64,000 nt of DNA from Bacteroidia bacterium (GTDB lineage: Bacteria > Bacteroidota > Bacteroidia > CAIKAF01): positions 17,777 to 81,776 of the forward strand of contig JACVCJ010000014.1 of assembly GCA_016742095.1 (NCBI GenBank). The letters are read 5' to 3'. Shown piece by piece: positions 39,730 through 48,519 of the stretch. The position numbers and the translations under genes are program-made. Below the pieces are notes generated by a model, which saw only the letters and a program-made list of their open reading frames with translations, made no database searches and was not told where the DNA came from. Every line of letters begins with the position of its first letter. Positions within the stretch are counted from its first letter, which is position 1.

Positions 39730-41238
39730 ATGAAAAAAGACACCAATCGCAGACTCACTACCGCATCCGGTATTCCCTATGTTGAAAATGAGAACAGTAT
39801 GACCGCCGGGCCGCGTGGTCCCGTGCTGTTACAGGATTTTATCCTGCACGAAAAAATGGCCCACTTTAACCGGGAACGTATCCCCGAACGCGTGGTGCAT
39901 GCCAAGGGTTCCGGGGCTTTCGGAACCTTTACCGTAACAAACGATATTACAAAGTATACAAAAGCGAAAGTATTCAGTAAAATAGGGAAGGAGACGAAGG
40001 TCTTCGTACGTTTTTCCACCGTGGGCGGCGAAAAGGGCAGCGCCGATACGGAACGCGACCCGCGCGGCTTTGCCGTAAAATTCTACACGGAAGACGGCAA
40101 CTGGGACCTGGTAGGCAATAACACGCCTGTGTTTTTTATCAAGGACGCCAAGAAATTCAGCGATTTTATACATACCCAGAAGCGTGACCCGCGCACAAAC
40201 TGTAAAAGTCCTACCATGATGTGGGATTTCTGGAGCCTCAACCCCGAAAGCCTGCACCAGGTCATGATCCTGATGAGCGACCGTGGTACGCCCTATGGTT
40301 ACCGGCACATGCACGGTTTCGGCAGTCATACCTTCAGCATGATCAATAAAGAGAATGAACGGGTATGGGTAAAGTTTCACTTTAAGACCGAACAGGGTAT
40401 CAAGAATTTTACCGATAGCGAAGCCGCCGATATGAAGAGCCGGGACATGGACTTTGCACAGCGCGATCTGGTAGAGGCTATCGACAGTAAAGATTTTCCG
40501 AGATGGATGCTCAAAATACAGGTGATGACGGAAGAACAGGCAAAGGCGTTCCGCTTTAATCCCTTTGATCTGACCAAGATATGGCCGCATGCCGATTTCC
40601 CGCTCATCGACGTAGGAGTGATGGAACTGAACCAGATCCCGAAGAATTACTTTGCAGACGTGGAGCAGTCGGCTTTTGCGCCTGCACATGTAGTGGACGG
40701 AATCAGTTATTCGCCGGATAAAATGCTGCAGGGACGCATTCTTTCCTATCCGGATGCGCACCGGTACCGCCTGGGCGGCAATTACGAGCAGATACCCGTG
40801 AACCGTTGTCCGTACATGACGGCCAATTATGAGCGGGACGGCTTTATGGCCGTGAACGGCAACGGGGAAGACGATCCCAATTACTATCCGAACAGTTTCG
40901 ACGATATCTATGCCGATGAAAATTACAAACAGGCCCCCATGGAACTGGACGGAGTCATTGCCGACTGGTACGACCGGAACGCTCCCGGTGAGGATGATCA
41001 CTATACGCAACCGGGCTGGCTGTTCAACAAGGCCATGAACGATTACGACCGGCATAACCTGGTATCGAATATCGTGGGCGCCATGAGCGGTATTGACGGA
41101 CCTAAAAAAGACCTGATCGTCCACCGTCAGCTCTGTCATTTCTTCCGCGCCGATGTAGCCCTGGGAACGGCCATCGCAAAAGGACTGGGCGTAGATGTGG
41201 AAAAAGTAATGGAAGAATTGAGACACAAACCGCAATAA
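39730..41238 (+). CDS. monofunctional haem catalase (small-subunit, clade-3-like)
   Basis: The 502-aa product has RERIPERVVHAKGSGAFGTFTVT (distal His/Asn region) and ..RLFSYPDAHRYRLG.. (proximal Tyr ligand region). Confidence 0.95.
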   Translation: MKKDTNRRLTTASGIPYVENENSMTAGPRGPVLLQDFILHEKMAHFNRERIPERVVHAKGSGAFGTFTVTNDITKYTKAKVFSKIGKETKVFVRFSTVGGEKGSADTERDPRGFAVKFYTEDGNWDLVGNNTPVFFIKDAKKFSDFIHTQKRDPRTNCKSPTMMWDFWSLNPESLHQVMILMSDRGTPYGYRHMHGFGSHTFSMINKENERVWVKFHFKTEQGIKNFTDSEAADMKSRDMDFAQRDLVEAIDSKDFPRWMLKIQVMTEEQAKAFRFNPFDLTKIWPHADFPLIDVGVMELNQIPKNYFADVEQSAFAPAHVVDGISYSPDKMLQGRILSYPDAHRYRLGGNYEQIPVNRCPYMTANYERDGFMAVNGNGEDDPNYYPNSFDDIYADENYKQAPMELDGVIADWYDRNAPGEDDHYTQPGWLFNKAMNDYDRHNLVSNIVGAMSGIDGPKKDLIVHRQLCHFFRADVALGTAIAKGLGVDVEKVMEELRHKPQ

Positions 41239-41255
41239 TTCCCTTTTTCGTATAC

Positions 41256-42353
41256 ATGTTTTTATCACACTATCACTTCAGCCGCTCTGCTTATGCATAT
41301 ACTAAAATTTGCCTGCTGTTGCTGCTTCTGCCTTTGGGAAGTTCGCATGCACAGACATTAATAAGGGACGCGCTGTATTATTCGCCCACTGCCGGCCAGC
41401 TCGTTAAAATGGAACGGGAATATGCCGGAGTTACCGGCGTTCCTGAGCTGCTGTTGCTGATAGAACCCGGAAAGGATATCCGGTATCGCACGGAAAGAAC
41501 GTCTACTCATGGAGATACTGCGGTTACAGAATGGGCATACGGTCGTATACGCAGAACGCCTACCCGTGCGGAACAATTCTTGGCAGCGGATAAACAGGAG
41601 TATGGACCCGATATACGTGCGGGTTTTACAAAATTCAGTTATTACAGCGGGGACGTATTCATAGGCGATACCAGCGTACGTATCGACCCGCGTGGCGCCG
41701 GCAATTACAAAACCGTACTGGCAGGTTCCTTTATCCGGAAACTGCAGAAAAGACGCCTGGCCATCGATATTTCGCCGCAATACCGTGAATTGCAGACCAC
41801 GGAACGTTTTTACCGGCTGAACGGCCGCCTGCTGAGGGCCGAATGGCTCGATCCGGCAGGTGAACCGTATTACAGGGTACGGATGGTCTGGAAGGAACAA
41901 TCGTTGTTACGTATATACGAAACAAAGCAAAATGGGCGATTCGAAGAAGAAAGAAGCGAACTGTTGAGCTGGAATGAAGACCGCTCGGAGATCCGTGTGC
42001 AGATATTTACGGGTTCCGATGTTCCAGCGGAGGATTTCCGGCTGAAGCTCCGCAAGAACCGCGTGCGCCGCTACGATGCCGGAAACAAAAAATGGTCAGA
42101 GGAAACGCTGTATTATAAAGGCCCCGATCTGTTTACCTGGATAACGGGTACGCTGAGCGGAAAAGCGCACTATGTGCGGTACGATCTGCAGAACCCGGCC
42201 ATACCACTGATGAAACGCCGTTTTCTTGTAAAAGGCACGGTTTACATAGATAGTTATAAGTTCTACCCTTTTTCTCATACTTTGCATTCCGCTGTAAGCA
42301 GAAAGAACGGATTTTTTCAGAGTGAGGTACGGTATTATTATTATTACCAGTAG
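41256..42353 (+). CDS. hypothetical secreted protein with a Tyr-rich C-terminal tail (..VRYYYYYQ)
   Basis: The 365-aa product has a signal peptide and no recognisable catalytic motifs. YD-like short repeats (NGRLLRAEW, RRYDAGNKKW) suggest a paralog relationship with 45542..46489. Confidence 0.5.
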   Translation: MFLSHYHFSRSAYAYTKICLLLLLLPLGSSHAQTLIRDALYYSPTAGQLVKMEREYAGVTGVPELLLLIEPGKDIRYRTERTSTHGDTAVTEWAYGRIRRTPTRAEQFLAADKQEYGPDIRAGFTKFSYYSGDVFIGDTSVRIDPRGAGNYKTVLAGSFIRKLQKRRLAIDISPQYRELQTTERFYRLNGRLLRAEWLDPAGEPYYRVRMVWKEQSLLRIYETKQNGRFEEERSELLSWNEDRSEIRVQIFTGSDVPAEDFRLKLRKNRVRRYDAGNKKWSEETLYYKGPDLFTWITGTLSGKAHYVRYDLQNPAIPLMKRRFLVKGTVYIDSYKFYPFSHTLHSAVSRKNGFFQSEVRYYYYYQ

Positions 42354-42428
42354 GGGCCAGGCACATTTTACGGGATAATATATTAAGGAACCCGGATTAT
42401 TCAACAAGAGCGAAATGTTTTTACCACC

Positions 42429-42944
42429 ATGGACAAAATACCAGCCATTCAAAGTAAAATACGGGAGATCCGTAACCAGAAAGTAATACTCGATGCCGAT
42501 CTGGCAGCACTCTACGGAGTGGAAACCAAGCGCCTCAAGGAAGCCGTGCGCAGGAATATCGCGCGTTTCCCGGAGGACTTTATGTTCGAGCTCAGTGAAG
42601 AAGAGTCGGAAAGTTTGAGGACGCAATTTGCGTCCTCAAAAAAAAGAGGAGGCAGCCGCTACCATTCTTTTGCTTTTACGGAGCAGGGTGTGGCCATGCT
42701 TTCGGGTGTACTGAACACGCCCCGGGCCATAGAAGTTAACATCGGCATTATGCGGGCTTTTGTATTGATGAGGCAGTATGCACTTTCGCACAAAGATCTT
42801 ACCCATAAGCTGAAAGAGCTGGAGAAGCAGTACGATCAGCAATTCAGCGATGTGTACGAGGCTATTAATTACCTGCTGGCCAAAGACCGCGAAGAAATCG
42901 AATTCAGGGAGCGAAAAAAGATCGGATATATCAAGAACGGGTAG
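42429..42944 (+). CDS. ORF6N-domain (KilA-N-related) DNA-binding protein
   Basis: The N-terminus IQSKIREIRNQKVILDADLAALYGVETKRLKEAVRRNIARFPEDFMFELS...GGSRYHSFAFTEQGVAMLSGVLNT..AIEVNIGIMRAFV is a very good match to the ORF6N consensus. Confidence 0.8.
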   Translation: MDKIPAIQSKIREIRNQKVILDADLAALYGVETKRLKEAVRRNIARFPEDFMFELSEEESESLRTQFASSKKRGGSRYHSFAFTEQGVAMLSGVLNTPRAIEVNIGIMRAFVLMRQYALSHKDLTHKLKELEKQYDQQFSDVYEAINYLLAKDREEIEFRERKKIGYIKNG

Positions 42945-42960
42945 GCTGCATTCCGGCCAC

Positions 42961-42996
42961 AAAAAAAAGGATGCCCGTTCAGAACATCCTTTTGTA
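42961..42996. terminator. bidirectional rho-independent terminator between the convergent ORF6N gene and the long fused E1 gene
   Basis: AAAAAAAAGGATGcccgttcagaaCATCCTTTTGT has a 7-bp stem flanked by an A-run on one side and a T-run on the other. Confidence 0.5.
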
Positions 42997-43021
42997 TTGA
43001 GGTTATTGAAAATTCAACGGA

Positions 43022-45457
43022 TCATTCGAACAGAGAAGGATATACGTCCGGTTTGCATTCGTGCATCAGCTGGTAAATACCTTCACAGATATCTTCGCAG
43101 CTGGGTTTGCTGAAGTAATCGCCGTCGCTGGCATAGGCCGGGCGGTGGTCCTGGGCGCTGATGCTGCGGGCCGGGGCATCCAGGTATACAAATGCATTCT
43201 GGTCTTCCACGATCTGCTGCAGCAGGTAAGCGCTGGCGCCACCGCGTACGTCTTCGTCCACCACGACCAGGCGGTTCGTTTTCTTCACGCTCTGTGCGCA
43301 GATGCCTTCCAGGTCGAAGGGCAGCAGGGTCTGAGCGTCGATCAGTTCCACGCTGATGCCCATTTTTTCCAGTTCCGTAGCGGCCTCTTCGCATACGCGC
43401 AACGTACTTCCGTAAGAAACAACGGTAACGTCCGTGCCTTCCTTCAGAATTTCGGCCTTGCCCAGGGGCACGGTGAACTTACCGATGTTCGAAGGCATAT
43501 TTTCTTTCAGGCGGTAGCCGTTCAGAGGTTCAATTACAATGGCCGGATCGTCGGATTGCAGCAGGGTATTGTACATACCGGCCGCCTGCGTCATGTTGCG
43601 GGGTACGCAAACGTATACACCGCGTACGCTGTGCAGGATCATGCCTATGGGAGAGCCGCTGTGCCAGATACCTTCCAGGCGGTGCCCGCGGGTACTGATG
43701 ATCAGTGGTGCGCTTTGCCCGTTCTTGGTTCGGTAGCGCAGGGTTGCCAGGTCGTCACTGATGGTCTGCAGACCGTACAGCAGGTAGTCGAGGTACTGGA
43801 TCTCCGCCACGGGACGCAGTCCGCGCATGGCCATACCGATTCCCTGACCCACGATGGTCATTTCACGGATACCGGTATCGAACACGCGCATATCGCCGTG
43901 TTTTTTCTGCATGCCTTCCAGGGTCTGGTTCACGCCGCCGATACCGCCCACATCTTCGCCGAAGATGCATACTTCCGGGTGATTTTCGAGGATGTGGTCC
44001 CAGTTCTCGCGCAGTACGATGCGACCGTCGGTCTGGTTGTCGCCGTCGTATTGCGGTTTTATTTCCTTTACGCGCAGTGCCGAAAGTTTGTTCTCGGCAT
44101 AGAGGTACGCGTTGTATCTTTCTTTGTTGATCTCTTTCTGTTCGCTGAGCCAGAGGCTGAGTGCCTGGCGCTGTACGTTTTTCTCGAAACGGGTAATTTG
44201 CAGGGCTTTGCGCACGGTGCTGATCACATGGCTGCGGCCCGGATCTACCGTTTTTTCGAGCGTGGTGGCCATATCGTTCAGGCGCTCGGTCTGTGCAGAA
44301 ACCACGGCCAGGGAACGGATGGCCTGTACGGCTTCGTCCAGTTCGGCTTTGATGGCACTCTGGAACTCGGCCCAGGCTTCCTGTTTGGACGTACGTACGT
44401 GTTTTTTAGCCTCCTCTTCAATGGCGGCAACCTCTTCTTCGGTAGCCAGTCCGTGTTCGGTAAGCCAGAGCCGCATCTGGCGCAGGCAGTCGTATTCCGA
44501 TTCCCAGTCGAGGCGGTCCTTGCTTTTATAACGTTCGTGTGAGCCAGACGTGGAGTGTCCCTGTGGCTGTGTACATTCTTCTACGTGGATCAGCACGGGA
44601 ATGTGCTCCAGGCGGCAGGTGGCCACGGCTTTCTGGTAGGTTTCCACCAGTTCGCTGTAATTCCAGGCGCGGGCGTTGAAAATAAGCATGCCCGGGCCGT
44701 TCTCATCTTTCTGAAAACCACGCAGGGCTTCCGAAATACTGCCTTTGGCCGTCTGGTATTTTTTAGGTACCGAAATTCCGTACCCGTCGTCCCATACACT
44801 CATGCACAGCGGCACCTGCAATACGGTGGCGGCATTCAGGGTTTCCCAGAAATGTCCTTCGGAGGTACTGGCATCGCCGATGGTACCGAAAGCCACTTCG
44901 TTACCGTTCACGGAAAATTCCTTCAGGTCCTTCAGCTCTTTATTCTGGCGGAAATGCTTGGAGGCCAGGGCCAGACCCAGCAGACGGGGCATTTGTCCCG
45001 CAGTGGGCGAAATATCGGCCGAGGAGTTTTTATGCTGGGCGGTAGCGATACGGTTCCCGTTCTTATCCAGGAAACGTGTGGCATAGTGTCCGTTCATCTG
45101 GCGGCCGCCGGTCATGGGTTCTTTTTCGATGCTGGGATCGGCATACAACTGCGCAAAGAATTGTTTTACGGTCATCAGTCCCGCAGCCATCATAAAGGTC
45201 TGGTCGCGGTAATAGCCGCTGCGCCAGTCTCCCTTGCGGAAAACCTTGGCCAGGGCGATCTGGGCCACTTCCTTGCCGTCGCCGAAGATCCCGAATTTGG
45301 CCTTGCCGGTAAGTACTTCGCGGCGCCCCAGCAGGGAGGCCTCACGACTTTCGCAGGCAATGCGGTAGTCGTTCAGTACTTCAGACTTAAAATCCTCAAA
45401 CGTGATCTTCTCGTTATCAAGTACGTTCGTTTCTCTATATGTGTTTGATTGACTCAT
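43022..45457 (-). CDS. 2-oxoacid dehydrogenase E1 component, fused alpha/beta subunits (long ~810-aa form)
   Basis: The track begins at 45508 with a TTG start, but the ATG at 45457 (MSQSNTYRE..) is preferred. It has an E1 ThDP-binding region (..GDASTSEGHFWETLNAATVLQVPLCMSVWDDGYGISVP..) and a C-terminal transketolase-like Pyr/C domain. Confidence 0.8.
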   Translation of the reverse strand: MSQSNTYRETNVLDNEKITFEDFKSEVLNDYRIACESREASLLGRREVLTGKAKFGIFGDGKEVAQIALAKVFRKGDWRSGYYRDQTFMMAAGLMTVKQFFAQLYADPSIEKEPMTGGRQMNGHYATRFLDKNGNRIATAQHKNSSADISPTAGQMPRLLGLALASKHFRQNKELKDLKEFSVNGNEVAFGTIGDASTSEGHFWETLNAATVLQVPLCMSVWDDGYGISVPKKYQTAKGSISEALRGFQKDENGPGMLIFNARAWNYSELVETYQKAVATCRLEHIPVLIHVEECTQPQGHSTSGSHERYKSKDRLDWESEYDCLRQMRLWLTEHGLATEEEVAAIEEEAKKHVRTSKQEAWAEFQSAIKAELDEAVQAIRSLAVVSAQTERLNDMATTLEKTVDPGRSHVISTVRKALQITRFEKNVQRQALSLWLSEQKEINKERYNAYLYAENKLSALRVKEIKPQYDGDNQTDGRIVLRENWDHILENHPEVCIFGEDVGGIGGVNQTLEGMQKKHGDMRVFDTGIREMTIVGQGIGMAMRGLRPVAEIQYLDYLLYGLQTISDDLATLRYRTKNGQSAPLIISTRGHRLEGIWHSGSPIGMILHSVRGVYVCVPRNMTQAAGMYNTLLQSDDPAIVIEPLNGYRLKENMPSNIGKFTVPLGKAEILKEGTDVTVVSYGSTLRVCEEAATELEKMGISVELIDAQTLLPFDLEGICAQSVKKTNRLVVVDEDVRGGASAYLLQQIVEDQNAFVYLDAPARSISAQDHRPAYASDGDYFSKPSCEDICEGIYQLMHECKPDVYPSLFE

Positions 45458-45541
45458 AAGCGATATGTAACTGGAAACAAAAATAACTTTTTTGGCGGGT
45501 TTTGCCAACCGGAAGGCGAAAAGCTGCCTTTCGGCGGCAGA

Positions 45542-46489
45542 TCAGTATTTGTAGTAGCGGTAGCTGCTCACTTTTGCTTCCCGGTTCAGAACTCTGGTCT
45601 CACTGCTTACCCAACCGTCTGAATTATAGGTGTAAAGCAGGGGCGGCGAACACTGGTAATAGCTGAATGCTTCCACGGCGACCAGTTTTCGGTATTGCCG
45701 ATCGTATATATAGCGGCGTTCGCAGTAGGGTGATACGGCCGGGGATCCTGCCATATATGTGTTTTCCCGTATGAGGAGCCCGTCTTCATAGATCTCTTCT
45801 TTGCCTTTGCACATAACGCTGTCCCGGCCATGGTTGTTGTGCCAGTAGGTATAGGTGCGGGTATTTCCCGATGCCTGTACCGACAGGGAATCCAGCGCCG
45901 GCTCTTCCCGTATCTTTACATTCCGGTTCCGGTTGTCGAAGCTGTATTCCGTGTCTGTATCGTAGCGGTTCGAATCGAGCAGTACGGTGCCTGAATCCGA
46001 GGAAGAAAGCAGGCGGAGCCGGTGAATAAGCACCATTTCGTTCCTGGGATACAGCAGGCCTTTCAGATCGTACAATTCAGAATGGTAGTAGATGAGACGG
46101 CCCTGTACATCGTAGGTCATGCTGTCCTGTACAAACAGGTTATCGTTCCAGCGGCGCACGGCAACCAGCACCCCGGAACTGTTATAACTGAACAGAGTAG
46201 AGTCTTTTAGTGTGCGGTTTTTATGTTTCGGGTCCGGGTATACCCGGTACGTTTTCAGGATATAGCCGGCCTTGTTCAGCAGGTGTTCGGTATACTCCGT
46301 CCGGCTGTATTCAATGCGCATGCGTTGTATGCCGCTCCCGGGCAGTGCCTGCAGTATATGATGGGGAAGATCGTATACTTCGTTCAGGTCGATCCCCTCA
46401 AAACGATAGGTGGCCGGGGCAAAACGTTGCGCAAAACTCTCTGCAAATGGCAATAATGCAAGGATGAAGGCTAAAAAGTTACGGAACAT
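45542..46489 (-). CDS. hypothetical secreted protein with a Tyr-rich tail (..SSYRYYKY); a paralog-like partner of 41256..42353
   Basis: The 315-aa product has a signal peptide (MFRNFLAFILALLPFAESFAQ) and YD-repeat-like motifs (TYDVQGRLIYYHSELYD, NSDGWVSSETRV). Confidence 0.5.
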   Translation of the reverse strand: MFRNFLAFILALLPFAESFAQRFAPATYRFEGIDLNEVYDLPHHILQALPGSGIQRMRIEYSRTEYTEHLLNKAGYILKTYRVYPDPKHKNRTLKDSTLFSYNSSGVLVAVRRWNDNLFVQDSMTYDVQGRLIYYHSELYDLKGLLYPRNEMVLIHRLRLLSSSDSGTVLLDSNRYDTDTEYSFDNRNRNVKIREEPALDSLSVQASGNTRTYTYWHNNHGRDSVMCKGKEEIYEDGLLIRENTYMAGSPAVSPYCERRYIYDRQYRKLVAVEAFSYYQCSPPLLYTYNSDGWVSSETRVLNREAKVSSYRYYKY

Positions 46490-46625
46490 TGTATCGGGTG
46501 TTGTGTTCTTTCAAAGATAAGAAAACGCTGTATAGTCGCAAAACGCCCCTTGTATTGACGCAAATGCCCCCGTTTAAAAGTTCTGAGCGTACTAACTTTG
46601 TTTACGAACGTAAAAACAAAAAACG

Positions 46626-47132
46626 ATGACTAATTATCCAGACAGTATCGCCGGACTGGAACTGGCCCAGATCGGCTGGGTGGTATCCGATATCCACAAG
46701 ACAGTAAGATTTCTTTCAAACACGCTGGGTATTCGCTTCCCGGTGCCGGAGCATGTGCGGGCACAGGACCTGGGCATGACCTATTATGGCAGGGTAGTGG
46801 ACGCGGAATGGCTTACTACGCAGGCATACAACGGCGGAACGTTCATTGAACTGGTGCAGCCTGTGTCCGGCCGGAGCATGTTTCAGGATTACCTGGAACG
46901 CTATCCTGCAGGTGGCACTCAACACCTGGCCTTCCGTTTGGCGGAAGAAGGTTTTGAACGCATCACAGCGGAACTGCGGGCGCAGGGTTTTGCCGTGATC
47001 AGCGAAGTAAACCACCCGATCGCGCGTATGGCTTTTTTCGATACGTATGAAACGATGGGCGTAGCTACAGAGATCATGGGCATTACACCGGCCGGCTGGA
47101 AGGCGGTGGAGCAGATGGAAAAGAAGGGGTAG
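46626..47132 (+). CDS. VOC-family (glyoxalase/bleomycin-resistance/dioxygenase fold) protein
   Basis: The 168-aa product shows the paired beta-alpha-beta-beta-beta module pattern (..IGWVVSDIHKTVRFL.., ..GTQHLAFRLAEEGFE..). Confidence 0.7.
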   Translation: MTNYPDSIAGLELAQIGWVVSDIHKTVRFLSNTLGIRFPVPEHVRAQDLGMTYYGRVVDAEWLTTQAYNGGTFIELVQPVSGRSMFQDYLERYPAGGTQHLAFRLAEEGFERITAELRAQGFAVISEVNHPIARMAFFDTYETMGVATEIMGITPAGWKAVEQMEKKG

Positions 47133-47140
47133 GACAAAAA

Positions 47141-47179
47141 GCAAAAAAAAAGACAAGCCTTTTATCTGACCTGTCTTTC
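47141..47179 (-). terminator. rho-independent terminator immediately downstream of tRNA-Leu on the minus strand
   Basis: On the minus strand AAAGACAggtcagataaaaggcTTGTCTTT is followed by TTTTTTTTT (the + strand A-run at 47143-47151). Confidence 0.5.
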
Positions 47180-47184
47180 TGTTG

Positions 47185-47266
47185 TGACCGAGGCGGGACT
47201 TGAACCCGCACAGCTTGCGCCATACGCCCCTCAAACGTACGTGTATACCAATTTCACCACTCGGCC
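47185..47266 (-). tRNA. tRNA-Leu (anticodon GAG), type II with a long variable arm
   Basis: The minus-strand sequence folds by hand as GGCCGAG / D-arm GTG..CAC / anticodon stem TACGT:ACGTA with loop TTGAGGG / a 13-nt variable arm / T-arm GCGGG-TTCAAGT-CCCGC / CTCGGTC-A. It has a 7-bp acceptor stem, U33, GAG anticodon and purine 37. CCA is not encoded (the next bases are CA). Confidence 0.8.
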
Positions 47267-47273
47267 TTTTGCA

Positions 47274-47846
47274 TTACTCGCCTGCAACGGCGGTGCAAAT
47301 ATCGGAAAAAATTTGTTCAATTGTACCAATTCCGTTCACAACTTTTACAATTCCGCGTCGTGTGTAGTAATCTTTCAACGGAAATGTCTCATCCTTATAT
47401 ACCTGGATGCGGTTCTTAATGATGTTCTCGTCGGCATCGTCCGTGCGGCCGGAGGTGAGCGCGCGGTTCTTCAGGCGTGCGATCAGCTCTTCTTCGGTCA
47501 CTTCGAGGCTTACCACCACGTCTACCGCGCTGTTGTAATCCTTCAGCAGCAGGTCCAGCGCTTCGGCCTGGGGAATGGTACGGGGAAATCCGTCGAAAAT
47601 AAAACCTTTGGCCGTTTTATTCTTTTCCACTTCGCCGCGCAGCATGTTAATGGTTACTTCGTCGGGGACCAGCTGCCCCTTGTCGATGTAACTCTTGGCC
47701 AGTACGCCCAGTTCGGTCTCGCCTTTGATATTGGCGCGGAATATATCGCCTGTGGACAGGTGAACGAGTTCGAATTTCTCAGCCACTTTTACGGCCTGAG
47801 TGCCTTTGCCTGCGCCCGGAGGGCCGAATAGGATCACATTTAGCAT
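47274..47846 (-). CDS. adk: adenylate kinase
   Basis: It has a P-loop (GPPGAGKGTQA) with the NMP-binding and LID regions. The product is 190 aa. Confidence 0.95.
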   Translation of the reverse strand: MLNVILFGPPGAGKGTQAVKVAEKFELVHLSTGDIFRANIKGETELGVLAKSYIDKGQLVPDEVTINMLRGEVEKNKTAKGFIFDGFPRTIPQAEALDLLLKDYNSAVDVVVSLEVTEEELIARLKNRALTSGRTDDADENIIKNRIQVYKDETFPLKDYYTRRGIVKVVNGIGTIEQIFSDICTAVAGE

Positions 47847-47851
47847 GGTGT

Positions 47852-48388
47852 TCAGGAGTCTTTTAATTTATAGATGTCTTTAAGGTTTCTGCCCAATTCC
47901 TTGTAGTCGAGCCCATAGCCCACCACAAAGTCGTTTGGAATGCTGAAGCCGGGGTAATCTACGGGCAAAGAGCCCTTATAGGCGTTGGGTTTGAACAGAA
48001 GTGCAGCTATTTTAACGCTTGCTGCCTGCTTTTTCATGAGGTATTCGTGCAGAAAACCTGCCGTGAGGCCGGTGTCGATAATATCTTCCGAGATCAGTAC
48101 GTGCTTGCCTGCCAGATCGGCCTTCAGTTCGGCATCCAGGGTAATGGAGCCGGTAGATTGTGTGCTGCCGTGATACGAGCTTACCTTGATAAAGTGCAGG
48201 TAGCAGGGCATGTGCAGGTGACGTACCAGGTCGGAAGTGAACATAAAGGAACCTGTAAGCGCAGATACGATATGCAGTTCGGTATTTCCGTAATCGGCAT
48301 TGATACGGGCAGCCAGTCCGCTTACTTTCTCCCGGATGTCTGTATCATGTATATACGGTTCAAATGTCAGATCGTGTAACTGTACCAA
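47852..48388 (-). CDS. hpt: hypoxanthine(-guanine) phosphoribosyltransferase
   Basis: It has a PRPP-binding motif (VLISEDIIDTGLT). The product is 178 aa. Confidence 0.9.
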   Translation of the reverse strand: MVQLHDLTFEPYIHDTDIREKVSGLAARINADYGNTELHIVSALTGSFMFTSDLVRHLHMPCYLHFIKVSSYHGSTQSTGSITLDAELKADLAGKHVLISEDIIDTGLTAGFLHEYLMKKQAASVKIAALLFKPNAYKGSLPVDYPGFSIPNDFVVGYGLDYKELGRNLKDIYKLKDS

Positions 48389-48519
48389 AAGCGCTTAGTT
48401 TTGGCGCAAATATAACCATTTCGTAAAATTTCGGAAACGGAACAAAAAAATGTGTGTCGTTTTTGTAAAAAGAAAAATCAGAGTAGTTTTACCCCCTGAA
48501 CTAAATTTTGTTTGTACTT

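Noticed and set aside
39829-41268. 479-aa minus-strand ORF
   Set aside because: It is antisense to the catalase gene, whose haem-catalase motifs are unambiguous on the + strand.
43061-44542. 493-aa plus-strand ORF, plus 44555..45448
   Set aside because: Both are antisense to the long fused E1 gene.
46716-47831. ORFs 46716..47234 (-) and 47184..47831 (+)
   Set aside because: They overlap the tRNA-Leu gene and the antisense of adk and the VOC gene, so they are spurious.
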